Below are positions 36,848-51,344 of a stretch of DNA of 64,000 nt, one piece after another (position 1 is the stretch's first letter; each line of letters starts with the position of its first letter). The position numbers and the translations under genes are program-made. Below the pieces are notes generated by a model that was not told where the DNA came from, searched no databases, and worked only from the letters and a program-made list of their open reading frames with translations. The DNA is from Octopus vulgaris. Its lineage: Eukaryota. The stretch lies in contig OX597842.1 in assembly GCA_951406725.2 (NCBI GenBank), forward strand, positions 28,024,001 to 28,088,000. The letters are read 5' to 3'.

Positions 36848-37630
36848 CATTGATCATAAAATAAACATCAAATTCGAGTCAATGACTTTATATATAACAC
36901 CGTATCTCCAAACATTTCATCAGATATAAATATTACCATGGCTCTTAAACATACAGAGTATACATATATAAAAAAAAAACATATAAAGTAGACATAAAAA
37001 TCATCAAAGGTAAAAAATATATATGTGAATAAAAATGCAGGTGTATAGAACGGCCTATCAAGAAGGTATATACAATCGACTAAGAATTCTAAAGCGTGTC
37101 ATGCTACTAAAAATCCAAATAAAATATCGACTAAAAAGAAAAATTTTCTTACCCCCCTCAAATGAAAGAGTACGTGAAAAAAGTTTGTTTCATAAAACCC
37201 ATGGTAGGTTAGAATCCAGGAGCAAAAAGAGTTCCACAAAATCAAGTGAAACACACCTATGGCCATTTCAGGAGTTCATTGCCGCAGTTCGATTACGAGT
37301 TAAAGCGCATCTTGGCAATGACCCCACATCATGATGAACAGGAATCTCAACAAATTCTTTGTTTAGTCGATTGATATTTTATTTTAGTTTATTTGGATTT
37401 TTAGCAGCAAGACACGCTTTGGAATTTTTAGCCAATTGTATATACCTTCTTGATAGGCTGTTCTATATATCTGTGTTTTTATTCGTGTATATATTTTTTA
37501 CCTTCTGTGTATTTTATATATGTATACTTTTTATGTTTAAGAGCCATGGTAATATTTATATATGATGAAATGTTACGGTGTTATATATAAAGTCGCTGAC
37601 TCGAATTTGATGTTTGTTCTATGATCAATA
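36848..37630. repeat. Inverted repeat, ~280-bp arms with ~225-bp spacer
   Basis: 36848-37135 is the reverse complement of 37362-37630, e.g. aatattaccatggctcttaaacata / tatgtttaagagccatggtaatatt. Confidence 0.85.
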
Positions 37631-39417
37631 TTTATATATATATATAATGTATATATATATATATGCCCAGGAAAAACCACTACAGATTTTCCTCCAGAGT
37701 TTTCTTGCGAATGGCAAGCTGCCAAGCAAACTTTAGAAGGGAATAATATGCCCAATCCATGAAGGAGGAAGCAGAGCAGGTGCCATAACTTATAGGCCTA
37801 TGTCTCTGACTTCACACACAAGCAAAGTCATTCCTGGAAGAAAGTGACTTGCTGAGTGATAGCATGGTTTTCGACCAAGTAGGAGCTGAAACAGTTACTT
37901 AACAACTCAAATGTGGACGTAATATACTTTGCAAAAGCTTTTGATAAAGTTAATCATGATATGATATGCCACAAACTATGTGATCTTGGCAAAGGTGGAA
38001 AACTAACAGTGGACCTTGAAGCAATCCAGCGAAGCTACTAAAAGAATATCATCTCATTGCAACAGCTCAACTACTGGGGAAGGCTGAAACAGGTAAGACT
38101 TTACTCCCTAGAGTGAAGGTGGGGAAGATATGCAGTGATATACATCTGGAGGATCCTGGAAGGGATTGTACTAAATTTTGGCTTATATATGACAAGATTT
38201 AAGACGAGAAAATTTTTTCTTTACCTTGAATCAGAAGTTTTCAGTTGGATAAGTTTGAGTTTTAAGATTTTCAGCTAAGTTTGTTCGGAGTTTTAAAATT
38301 TGAGATATCAATCAAGTTCTCTCGCTGGTATGAATAAAATGATATTAGATTCATCAGTTTATATAATTGTAGTAAAAGGAAGTAAGTCGTCTCAGCCAAT
38401 AAGGCTATTCATTGTGTTTTTCGTGGAATTTTATTTATATATACATTTATCTTCTTTTATTACGTTCACTCAATTTCATGCTACTCTAACTGACCTGAAT
38501 TTCTGTGACCTTGGATGTTGTTTACAACTTATCCTCTCAAAGTCTAATTCAATTCATTTAGTACACACACACACACACACACCTATGTATGGAGATTATA
38601 TGAAGCCCACTTAAACCTTGACAACTTGTTAAAATTTTTATCATTGGTTTTATTGGGCAACACCTATATGGAAACATGATCATACACACACACACACACA
38701 CTCTCTCTCTCTCTCTCCCTCTCTCAGACACACACACACACACATTGTAAACATGTGTGGCCTAGTGATTACATTATGGCATTCCCGATCTTGTGTTCAT
38801 GATTTCGAATCCCAGAGGGTGGTGCTTAGAAGTCCTCAGATGAATACCTCATTTCACATTGTTCCCGTCAACTGAGCTGTAAATAAATAACCCTGTGATC
38901 GACTGGTGCCCTGTTTCAGGAGAATATCATGATCTGTGTCGCTTATACACCATAGTCCTCAGAATAACGTGAAGAATTGCAGTATGACCAGCAGGGCACA
39001 GCAATGGCTGATCATCTGGACACTACAGTGATTTATATATATATATATATATATATATGTTTGTGACTGTATAAAATAGGTACAAGCGTGGCTGTGCAGT
39101 TAAGAGATTTCATACTGTTATAGCAAAGGTTCCTGCATCAATTTTGTATGTTTTACTGTTAGTGTTAGTACAGTATTCTTTCTCAGTTCTATTTAACCAT
39201 GATGCATTGAGGTTGAAATCCCTCTTTTCATTCCAAATTTTCCCCCAGAATGATTGTAGAGCTTCTCGGGAGGGAACTTTCTTAATGGTAATGTTTTCCT
39301 TCCTTGTCTCTCTCTATAATGCTTGTGGGTTGGAAGCAAACTCACGATTGATATTGGCTTGTTCAAAAATTTGCATGTGATAGCAAAGTTTCTCGCTTGT
39401 CGTCCTGAGTTCATGTT

Positions 39418-40075
39418 TTAAAGATTTTTGAGAAGCTTAATTTCTGAAGATTGGTATTTAGGCAGTATGTTCCATATCCACAGGGCCCCAATAACTACAG
39501 GTATAAGCCTGAACTTGTAATCTGGATAGATTAACTGCAGATTTCTCAATAGTTCAATGTAGGTATTCTCTTTTTCACTCATCTTCAGATTTATGTTAAC
39601 ATCTGTTGGGCAGCTAATTTCCACAACTCTACACAGTTTCTCTCCTCTATCCCAAATCATTATATCAGGTCTTTTGTGCTTACATTTTACTGAGGTCTTC
39701 ACTGGGACATTCCACCAGTGGCTATGGTTTCTACTGTAATGTGGGTTCTTATTTCTCTGTCTGCAGGGTTATCCTTCTGACAGATTTCATTATAGAGTGT
39801 CCTTGCTACAACATCATGTCTCATTGGTAGAGAACCGTGATGACATTTTTGGACAATGACGTGTGATGTGGCTGATATCGTCAGTGTTAATTCCACAAAG
39901 TAGGTGTCGGTTGCCATATTTTACTGCTTCTCCTGCATCTCTACCCCTTTTGCGCATCAGATTGATATTTCCTGTTCCTGGATTGCAAACACATACCCTT
40001 GAAAGTGGGAGGTAGTTACCTGGCTATTGGTCCATGATAGACTGCTTTGATGATCAATGTTACTATCATCTCTGA
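39418..40075 (-). mobile_element. R4/Dong-like non-LTR remnant (restriction-like endonuclease domain)
   Basis: RHDVVARTLY, HKRPDIMIWDR..VVEISCP.D.N...EK...Y..L and IPVVIGAL motifs. Confidence 0.8.
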
Positions 40076-40112
40076 GCTTTTTACTAACATACTATGTACA
40101 TATGTGTGTATG

Positions 40113-40229
<117 letters not shown>

Positions 40230-40500
40230 GGAGGCGCAATGGCCTAGTGGTTAGGGCAGCGGACTCGCGGTCGCAGGATCGCGGTTTCGATTCCCAGACC
40301 GGGCGTTGTGTGTGTTTATTGAGCGAAAACATCTAAAAGCTCCACGAGGCTCCGGCAGGGGGTGGTGATCCCTGCTGTACTCTTTCACCACTCTTTCTCC
40401 CACTCTTTCTTCTATTGGCCTGCTTGCTTAGAAAGCGGGGTGGCCTCATTGTGACCAGCAATGTGTAACAACATCTGATGGTCTGGTCGGTCACGTGATA
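40230..40500 (+). mobile_element. tRNA-derived SINE (young copy)
   Basis: GGCGCAATGGCCTAGTGGTTAGG A box and GGTTTCGATTCC B box, CpG-rich, embedded in (TA)n. Degenerate relatives at about 17020, 29790 (minus) and 38755. Confidence 0.85.
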
Positions 40501-41811
40501 TATATATGTGTGTGTGTGCGTGTGTATATATATGTGTATATATATATATGTATATATACACACACACATATATCGGGTCATCCCATAAATAATGGAGTTT
40601 TTTATGCTCCTTTTATTTTCCAAAATTACGATAAGCAAAGTTGTATTTTAATCTAAAATATACCCTCCTTCATTTTCTACAATGCTCTTCCGTCTATCTA
40701 ATCCAGGGGAATTTCACTGTAAGACTACCTTTCTCTTTATAAATGTCCCAAAAATGTCACACTGCCTTGGCTTTGTTGTCTCACTTTATTCAACATATAC
40801 ATACTCACACACGACCCGCGTTGGACCCCCTCGCTCATACTATTATTGAACCGGGAGTCTAACAGTGGTCCTCCTGTAGCACCTACATAGCCTTACCTGC
40901 CATTTAGGTCTTCTGGATACCAAGACCTCTCAAATTGTGTGTGTATATATGAATGTATGCATGTATATAGAGATAGATTACACTGGTGGATTTGTGGAAC
41001 GGGTAAATTGCTGCTCAAGGTGATGGGTAAGTTATTTTTTATTAAAAATAACTAATTGGTGAACCTTTTAACTCCACCTCGTGGATACGATCTGGATGAC
41101 CATATATTATTTTGTCCATGGCCACAATGGTGCCTCCAAGTAATCCATTTGGTACTTGTGAGACAGCTGGAAGCATCTGAGCAGATATGCAAGGCTTTTG
41201 CACCCTCTCTTCTAATGGCCCTTGCATTCATTTAAAAGACTTTTCCTTGCTTTAAGATGTGGAGCATTTTTAAGAAGGCTTCCAGATGTCTGAAGAACAC
41301 TGACTACCCCACCTACTCTGAAGTATAAAGGAACGGTCCCTTGAACGAATGGCTTACGCCACTGGTCATGTCCAGCACTGCCAACGTATCTACTATGATC
41401 ATTGCTAGAGCAGCTGATTGGCTTCTGTGCAGGTGGCACGTAAAATTCACCATTTCGAGTGTGGCCATTGCCAGTACCGCCTGACTGGCCCTCGTGCCAG
41501 TCGAACATAAAAGCACCCACTACACTCTCAGAGTTGTTGCGTTGTTATATTGCTCTATGCTTTATCGCCCCACCCTCTGTCTCGCTCTCCCTCCCTCTCT
41601 CTCTCTTAGTCTCTCCCTCTCATTTTCATAGTTAAGTCACGTTGTCGCTTTACATAGAAAGTTAAATAATTAGAGGAGAAACAGATTAGATTTCTATTGA
41701 ATAATGAATATGGCTTGAATTCATAAGATTTTTTCAACCACGCCCTAGCTGGAGCCTTTTAGATCATAAAACATATATATATATATACTCATACACCCCA
41801 AATCACATCAG

Positions 41812-43535
41812 GTGTGGAAGCATGGTTTAGAATCGAAGGGCCTTAGAGTCAACCTAGCTAAAACCAAAGTCCTAATAAGTAGGAAGGTAGACAAATCACA
41901 AACGCCTTCAGGTAGATGGCCCTGCCCGATCTGTAGAAAAGGTGTAGGTAGAAACTCTATAAGATGCACCAAGTGTAAGCTATGGACACATAAGAGGTGC
42001 AGCAATGTCATAGGAAGGCTAACTAGGAAGATGGTTTTTGTATGTGGCAGATGCTCGGGAGCATTAACCTCTGAAAATCTGCAGAAAACAACTTCCGTCA
42101 CTTTCCAGGGGGAAAAACTAGAAGTAGTTGATAGCTTCCGTTATCTTGGTGACCAAGTCAATAGTGGGGGTGGGTGTGCTGAAAGTGTAACTGCTAGAGT
42201 AAGAATAGCCTGGGCAAAGTTTAGGGAGCTCTTACCTCTGTTGGTGACTAAAGGCCTCTCGCTCAGAGTAAAAGGCAGACTGTATGATGCATGTGTACGA
42301 ACAGCCATGCTACATGGCAGTGAAACATGGGCCGTGACTGCTGAGGACATGCGTAAGCTCGCGAGAAATGAAGCTAGTATGCTCCGTTGGATGTGTAATG
42401 TCAGTGTTCATAGTCGACAGAGTGTAAGTACCTTGAGAGAAATGTTGGACCTAAGAGGAATCAGATGTTGTGTGCAAGAGAGACGATTGCGCTGGTATGG
42501 TCATGTGGTGAGAATGGATGAAGATAGGTGTGTGAAAAAAAGTGCCACACCCTGGCAGTTGAGGGGACCTGTGGAAGAGGTAGACCCAGGAAAACCTGGA
42601 TCGAGGTGGTGAAGCACGACCTTCGAACTCTAGGTCTCACCAAGGAAATGACCAGAGACCGAGATCTATGGAAGTATGCTGTGCGTGAGAAGACCCGGCA
42701 AGACCAGTGAGAACAATCAAAATCAAATCATATATCAGAAAGCAGGGGTTAAGTGACCCATCCGTTCGTGTCCGCTGTCAGCCTCGTCTGGCACCCGTGC
42801 CGGTGATACGTAAAAGCACCATTCGCTCGTGGCCGTTTGCCAGCTCTGCCTGGCCCCGTGTCGGTGGCACGTAAAAGCACCATCCGTTCGTGTTCGTTGC
42901 CAGCCTCGCCTGGCCCCGTGTCGGTGGCACGTAAAAGCACCATCCGTTCGTGGCCGTTTGCCAGCTCTGTCTGGCCCCGTGTCGGTGGCACGTAAAAGCA
43001 ACATCCGTCCGTGTCCGTTGCCAGCCTCGGCTGGCCCCCGTGCCGGTGACACGTAAAAGCACCGTCCGTTCGTGGCCGTTTGCCAGCTCTGTCTGGCAAC
43101 CGTGTCGGTGGCACGTAAAAGCACCATCCGTTCGCGTCCGTTGCCAGCCTCGGCTGGCCCCCGTGCCGGTGACACGTAAAAGCACCGTCCGTTCGTGGCC
43201 GTTTGCCAGCTCTGTCTGGCCCCGTGTCGGTGGCACGTAAAAGCACCATCCGTTCGTGTCCGTTGCCAGCATCGCCTGGCCCCGTGCCGGTGACACGTAA
43301 AAGCACCATCCGTTCGTGGCCGTTCGCCAGCTCTGTCTGGCACCTGTGCAAGTGGCACGTAAAAAACACCCACTACACTCGCGGAGTGGTTGGCGTTAGG
43401 AAGGGCATCCAGCCGTAGAAACACTGCCAGATCTGACTGGGCCTGACGAAGCCTTCCAGCTTCACAGACCCCAGTTGACCCGTCCAACCCATGCTAGCAT
43501 GGAAAGCGGACGCTAAACGATGATGATGATGATGT
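41812..43535 (+). mobile_element. 5'-truncated RTE LINE with PHD-like finger in the RT C-terminus and an expanded 3' UTR minisatellite
   Basis: GLRVNLAKTKV..CPICRKGVGRNSIRCTKCKLWTHKRCS..CGRC..FRYLG..YDACVRTAMLHGSETW..GRPRKTW; (GAT)n tail. Confidence 0.92.
42758..43365 (+). repeat. ~60-61 bp minisatellite, about 10 copies, in the RTE 3' UTR
   Basis: Unit cacgtaaaagcaccatccgttcgtg(g/t)ccgtt(t)gccagc..ctggccccgtg(t/c)cggtg; two variants alternate. Confidence 0.92.
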
Positions 43536-43540
43536 ATATA

Positions 43541-44820
43541 TCATCATCACCATCATCATCATCGTTTAATGTCCGCTTTCCATGCTAGGGTCTAGGAAGC
43601 CAGGAGGCTGCACCAGGCCCAGTCTGGTTCGGCAGTGTTTCTACAGCTGGATGCCCTTCCTTATGCCGACCACTCTGTGAGTGTAGTGGGTGCTTTTACG
43701 TGCCACCGACACAGGTGCCAAACAAGGCTGGCAAACGGCCACGCTCGGATGGTGCTTTTACGTGCCACCAGCAAGGAGGCCAGTCAGGGCGGCGCTGGCT
43801 ATGGTCACGTTCGGATGGTACTCTTACGTGCCACCGGCACTGGTATCACAGCTACAAATTCCATTGATGTTGATTGATTTCGATTTTGATTTTCAGTTGC
43901 CTCAACAGGTCTTCACAAGCAGAGTTTTGTGTCCCAAGAAGGAAAGGTATGCATAGGACTGGCTACATCCCAGGTAGAGGCCACGGGTTATGGCCTCACT
44001 TGTCCTGCCGGGTCTTCTCACGCACAGCATACTTCCAAAGGTCTCGGTCTCTGATCATTTCCTCGGTGAGACCTAAAGATTGAAGGTTGTGTTTCACCAC
44101 CTCGTCCCAGGTTTTCCTGGGTCTACCTCTTCCACAGGTTCCCTCAACCGCCAGGGTGTGGCACTTTTTCACACAACTATCTTCACCCATTCTTGACACA
44201 TGACCATACCAGTGCAAACGCCTCTCTTGCACACCACAACTGATACTTCTTAGGTCCAACTTTTCTCTCAAGGTACTTACACTCTGTCGGGCATGAACAC
44301 TGACATTACACATCCATTGGAGCATACTGGCTTCATTTCTTGCGAGCTTACGCATATCCTCAGCAGTCGCGGCCCAAGTTTCACTGCCATGTAGCATGGC
44401 TGTTTGTACACATGCGTCAAACAGTCTGCCTTTTACTCTGAGCGAGAGGCCCTTTATCGCCAGCAGAGGTAAGAGCGCTCTGAACTTTGCCCAGGCTATT
44501 CTTACTGTAGCAGTTACACTTTCAGCACACCCGCCCCTGCTACTGACTTGGTCACCTAGGTAACGGAAGCTATCAACTACTTCTAGTTTTTCCCCCTGGA
44601 ATGTGGCGGAAGATGGTCTGTGCGCATTTTCAGTGTTTATTGCTCCTGAGCATTTGCCACATACAAAAACTATCTTCCTAGTTAGCCTTCCTTTGACATT
44701 GCTGCACCTCTTATGTGTCCATAGCTTACACATCTTATAGAGTTTCTACCTACGCCTTTTCTACAGATCGAGCAGGGCCATCTACTTGAAGGCGTTTGTG
44801 ATTTGTCTACCTTCCTACTT
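43541..44820 (-). mobile_element. 5'-truncated RTE LINE, tail-to-tail with the 41812 copy
   Basis: ORF 43996-44733 is homologous to 41812-42710; (CAT)n at 43541-43563. Confidence 0.92.
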
Positions 44821-44863
<43 letters not shown>

Positions 44864-45064
44864 CACTACACTCACGGAGTGGTTGGCGTTAGGAAGGGCA
44901 TCCAGCCGTAGAAACACTGCTAGATCTCACTGGGCCTGATGAAGCCTTCCAGCTTCACAGACCCCAGTTGAACCGTCCAACCCATGCTAGCATGGAGAAC
45001 GGACGCTAAATGATGATGATGATGATGATGATATATGTATATATGTATATATATACATATATAT

Positions 45065-45106
<42 letters not shown>

Positions 45107-45249
45107 GTGTGTGTATATATATATATATATATGTGTGTGTGTATGTATATGTATACAATTATCTCATATATATATTGTGTATACATTCAATATATATACA
45201 TATATATTTATATATATATATATAAGTCTATAGGTATATGTATATGCAG

Positions 45250-45760
45250 TAGGAGTTGGACTCCATTTACAGATTGGCTGAGAATAATAATATGCAGTTT
45301 AATGCTGACAAATTCCAAGCACTGCGCCACCAGCATCAAAACCTAACTTACAGGGTACACCGGTCCACAGGGATTTTCAATCCTAGAGCCTAAGTCAGTG
45401 AGGGACCTGGGTATCGACAAGAGTGATGATACCTCTTTCGAAGTGCACATTACCAGGATGGCGACTAAGTGCAGATGACTGTCTGTATGGATACTAAGAA
45501 CATTCCGAACCAGAGATAAGGAAACCATGATGGTCCGCTGGCGGACATTCGTCCTCAACCACCTGGATTAGGGCTCACAGCTATGGTCACCCACCAGTGT
45601 GAAATTAACAGCGGACTTTCATGCAATCGAGAGAAGATTCACAAAGAAGATCGTCTCTTTGCAACAGCTCGGCTACTGGGAAAGGTTGAAACAGTTAAGA
45701 CTCTACTCCCTGGAGAGAAGACGGGACAGGTATGCAGTAATATATATCTGGAAGATCCTG
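45250..45760 (+). mobile_element. CR1-type LINE fragment
   Basis: NNMQFNADKF, VRDLGI, ILRTFRTRD, YWERLKQLRLYSLERRRDRY motifs. Confidence 0.75.
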
Positions 45761-46927
45761 CCCAGAAGGCTGCACCAGGCTCCTATCTGATCAGGTAGGG
45801 TTACTACCGCTGGATTCCCTCCTAACATCTACCACTCCAAGAGTGCAATGGGTACTTGTACGTGCCACCAGCACGGAGGCCAGTCATGTGGTACTGCCAA
45901 TAGCCACACTCAAATGGTGTTTTTTATATGCCACCTGAACAGGAGCCAGTACAGTGGCACTGGCAACGTTCATGCTTGGATGGTGCTTTTAGTATTCCAC
46001 TGGCGTGGTTGCCAGTCAGGCGGTGCTATCATCGGTCATCTCAACGAATTTGATTTCACTTGCCTCAACAGGTCCTCACAAGCGAAGTTTAGTGTCCAAT
46101 GAGAGACATGTACGGATATATACATATACACACACACAGTTTATATCCATTTAAAAGGAAAAAAGATGGGTCCATATATAACATCAAAAGGAGCAGCTTT
46201 TTTTCTCTGATGAAATTACACTCATGTCACATAAATGTAATATTAATTTACAAATTTGTAATTAATTTATTGAAACAATTGTAAGCAGCGAAGATGACCA
46301 CTTTGTAAGCAATAAACAATTATCAACTTCCTTATCTCCATTTTCTTTTCTTTTTTGAAATGGATATAAACTATATTCTTAATATATACCTATTGTTTTA
46401 AGGGTAGTTCATTGCCCAAAAATAATAGGTATTCAACCAGTGTTTCCTTAAATGCAACCATCCCTTCACAAGGTTAACATATCCCCTAATTATATACTTA
46501 TATTCAATTTATATATATATGTATATATGAGTATATGCATGTATGTATAGACAGATAGATGAATTGATGGATAGGTGTGAGTGTATACATATTTCGGTCT
46601 TACCTATTCTTTCTAAATACATACACCCACATACATTCATACCTGCGTGTTTCTAAATTGACGCAAAAGGTTGACCTAAGATTTGAATAGGGATAAGAAA
46701 TTTAATGACAATAAATTGAGATGTTTTAGAATTTCTTTAGAATTGTTAAAGAAAAGAAATAGTGACTCACCAGGTGAATGAGTGTTTCATTGTGTAAGAA
46801 ATAGCAGGTACGCAGATAGCTATGTATATGTACATATATGGATATAAATACGTGTGTATGAATGTATGTGGGTGTATGTGTACAGTTGTATTTGTATTTA
46901 AGTATGTTGATGTTTATGTTTGCACAA

Positions 46928-46961
<34 letters not shown>

Positions 46962-47410
46962 CTATGTTTGGATTTATACGTGTATGTATGATTGTTTGTA
47001 GTTATGTATATACGTAAACATGAATTGTTCGTGTATGAATATATGTATTTATGTATATATGGTGATGATGACGATGGCTATCCACTCATGAGTAAAAAAG
47101 GCCATCACTGACCATCTACCATGCGAAATGTCTGCAAGGACAGTTCTAAGTAGTATTGTGTTCATGGTCAGCTTTATTCGGATTCGCAGCTGTGGCATTC
47201 ATGCATGTCGCAGGGCCCTCCTAGTTGACCACGTATCGTAAATGACTCTTATCTAGCGATCGTACAACCGAGAATATTAAATCCTCACTGATACTTTGCA
47301 CACTATTGACATGATCCAGAGACAAGCCAGGACAAGCTATCAAGTGCCAATGTGAGGGCACTATGATCCCATGCGCAAGGAAAACACCCCCCGTAAATTG
47401 GGGTGTCTTT

Positions 47411-47457
<47 letters not shown>

Positions 47458-47611
47458 GCACACATATACACATATTATGGATGTGTACATACATACCTCA
47501 TTATTTTAAACACATATAGACACCTTCTTTGGGTGAAGCAGTGGGTAGTTATGGTGTTTTGAGTAGTATAGTTTGTATATATAAATATATATTATATATA
47601 TATATACATAC

Positions 47612-47687
<76 letters not shown>

Positions 47688-47894
47688 AATATATTTATAT
47701 ATGTATGTATGTATTTGTATATATATATATATAAAATATATATATATGTATATATATATACATGTGTGTGTGTATGTATATATATATATATATACATACA
47801 TATATGTATATGTGTATATATGTATGTACATGTATATATGTAAGTATATGTGTATATGTGTGTGTATATATATATATGTATATATATTATATTA

Positions 47895-50800
47895 TATTAG
47901 ATCTTCTGAAAAAAAGAATAAATAAATTTTTTAAAAGCTTCGGCCTATCCATTATCATTGAAAGTGAAAATTATTCTGCTAATTATTTAGATGTTAATTG
48001 TAACATTACTAATGGTTTACATGAACCCTATATTAAACCTAATTCTAACCTAATATACATTAACCGTTCTAGTAATCACCCCCTCAAATTAAAAATGCAC
48101 TAGTGCGTAGCATTAGTCAGAGAATTTCTAGTTTATCCTCAAACGAGGAAATTTTTAACAAACACTGTGATAGATACAATGCAGCATTGCTTAAGGCAGG
48201 ATATAAAAGTAAGATTTGGTTTATACCTAAGGGGAACCCCCTAATGGAGGTAGAACTATCAGGAACAACACAAATAGATTTAGGATAATCAACAATATAC
48301 ATAAGAATAGTAAAAATAGAATATATGATAACACCTATAATAAATGTAGAAGTGACGTTAACCTTGGAAAGGTGAACGGTAGCTCAAATAGATCTAAACA
48401 TACGGGTAATAGTAGTAATATTAATAATAATATACGAATTAAAACTTATGGTAGACATGATAATGGTAAAGTTTACTTGCGCAATAACCATGGTAATATT
48501 GATATAGATAGATATAACAATGACAGTGGTAAGAATAGTAATCCTATGAGTTGGTCTACGAATAGGATTTTTACAAATAACATTAATTCTATAGGCAATC
48601 CTAATTCTGATAAGGATACTCTTTGGTTGATTATCCCGTATGCAATGCAGATTAAAACAAACATAGTGAGAGCTTTGCATAATGTTATTTTTAGGCATTT
48701 TGGTAAGGATAGGAATAAATTTAGTCCTTTAATTAACAACGGTACTGTTAGAGTGGGATATAGCATTACTCATAATCTAGCCACCATTATCTCCTCTTTT
48801 AATAACAAGAAACTGGATCACTTCTATAAGGATAGAAAATTGAATTTAGACCAGGAAAACTTGCCCCTCTTCATTAATAATAGGAATAGAAACTTTCTTG
48901 GAACAAATGGGAACAACCTCCTTACTAATAATGAGTGCACCATACCTGTCAGAGATAATATAAATGTAATAGATCATACTACTACTACCAATACTAGTAC
49001 TAGTGATAGGAATATAGCCGATAATGTGAAATTAACTCATTCGTTGATTTTGGGTTTGGATGATGATAACAATTGTAACACTTATAATGTGAATAGTAGT
49101 ATAGGGGTGGTGTCCAATCTTAGATTTCCTCATTCTGTTAATCTTTGTAATTGTAGAAATAAAAATAAATGTGTATTTGGTAATCAATGCCTCAGGAAGG
49201 AGGTAGTTTACCAATGCACTGTAGATACACAATTGAGTAGTAGGGTGTATATCGGGGCAACTATGAATAGCATAAAACAAAGATGGAATTATCACAGATA
49301 TACTTTTAGGAATAAAAATAGAATGTACTCTACAGGGCTAAGTGCATACATTTGGGAACTTAAAAGTAAGAACTTAGATTTTAGATTAAACTGGAAAATA
49401 CTAACTTCAGCACCTGTGTATAATGGAAAAAATAAAAAATGCTCTCTATGTATTAATGAAATTTTCTTCATTATTAAAGCGGGTCGGCAAATTATTAAAC
49501 ATTAATGAAAAAAACTTCTTTTGTATTCATAGGCTACCGTTCACCTTTTCTAGATTCAAATAGAACTTAGCACTTCCACTATTATTAATTTTTTAATTCC
49601 CTTCTTTAACTAAATATACCTGTGGTCTTCTATAATTCTAAAGTATACAATTTATAAATTTCATAATTTTATAATTTTTATAGCTACATTTGTATAATAA
49701 TTAATGGATGTGTCTAGTATTATTGGTTTCTTGGTTTTTGTATGTGGGTTTTTGTTTGTTTTTTAAGAGAAATGCAATATGACATAAAATAACATATTCA
49801 TTTTAGTATTTGCCTTGTAATGTGTGATTTTTGAAGTTTTCCAATATTGCATAGTATATTGCATAGTATATATGTATATCTTGGTTAGATACCTAGCTCT
49901 GGATAATGTAATGATATTGTATAATATGTAATATATGAGAGCCTTTTGTGAGTTTGGTGGGTTTAGGTTGAGATTATAGGTTTTTTGTATGTGTTTATTT
50001 GGAAGGTTTTTATTATATATTTGGTCTTTTTGTACTCACCTTAATTTGTATCTTATGCTATTCACTGATAAACCTTTTTCATTTTTTTCATTTTCTCATT
50101 TACATGCATTTTGCTTTATAATTATTACCAGCCTCATATATTTAGTTTATATCTATAGTCCTCTGGATCTGTACTTTAAACTATCCTTCCATACATATTT
50201 ACTTTCAACAATATAACATATATATTCACTTTATTTATTTTTATTTATTTTCCATTTTATTGTAATATTATCAATCTTTGCATCTAGTCTTCTATTTATT
50301 TATTTATTTGCCTATTTAAGTGTAGATGTTTACATACATATCAAGTCATCTAATTTGTTACCTATTTATTTTTTACTTATTTACTTATACTGGTGTAGTT
50401 TTATACATACATATCTATCATTTATTTTTATTTAATTTTAATAATATATGAATACATATATACTAGTTTGTACTTATAATTATGTGTATAACCGTATTTA
50501 TTCCTTCTTATTTATTTTATCTCTTTTCATCTTAAGTCTTTATAATATAAAATTTATTTAAAATTTCTGTGATGTTCTCATAAGCGTTTACATTAATACT
50601 TCCCCTTCTATTCTTTAATGCCTAAACTGGTATATTATGGCACTATATTTATTAAGTTAATAAGTGACTTATTTATAATATTTAAATTAATATATATTTT
50701 ATATTTTATTTTATATTTTATAATTTAGCGTACTTAAAATCATAACAAACTTACGATAAACCTAACAACCGTATGTTTACTCTGTAACAAACCGGTGTTA

Positions 50801-51263
50801 TAAATTTTAAGTTACCCATGAAATAATTATCTGAATTAGTAGCATACTGATATTTAAAAATATATTTATATCTAAATTAAATATTTTATAGAATGCATGG
50901 ATGGTTCTTTTTTTGTTATTGAGGCTCAGTTATAATTTTGAAGGACTAAATGTTAGCATAGTTGCTTCCCTTTTTGTTTATCTAAGTGCTAGTTGTTGCT
51001 TGTGATTATGTATGTGTATAAGTGTATGTATATACATATAACTATGTGTGTATGTGCGATTGATCTGTAGATGCGTGTGTGAATATTGGCGTTCCCTGAC
51101 TAACCAACCGTATAATTTTCTTTTGTGATTTAAATTTCAAACCAATAGCCAATCGAATTAATCTAAATTTTCTTTACCTAGTGGTCAGCATTTCTTAACT
51201 CATAGTTATTTCGATCTTGAAAGGATGGACTTGGTGCTAACTTAACTGTATCTATTTTTATTA

Positions 51264-51344
<81 letters not shown>

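Noticed and set aside
42735-43487. Repetitive ORFs or CRISPR-like 60-bp array
   Set aside because: Minisatellite in an RTE 3' UTR, open in several frames by chance, with no spacers.
49100-49562. Selenocysteine (UGA) recoding as reported for some Naiad elements
   Set aside because: Conserved Cys positions are TGT/TGC; the ORF end is explained by a frameshift.
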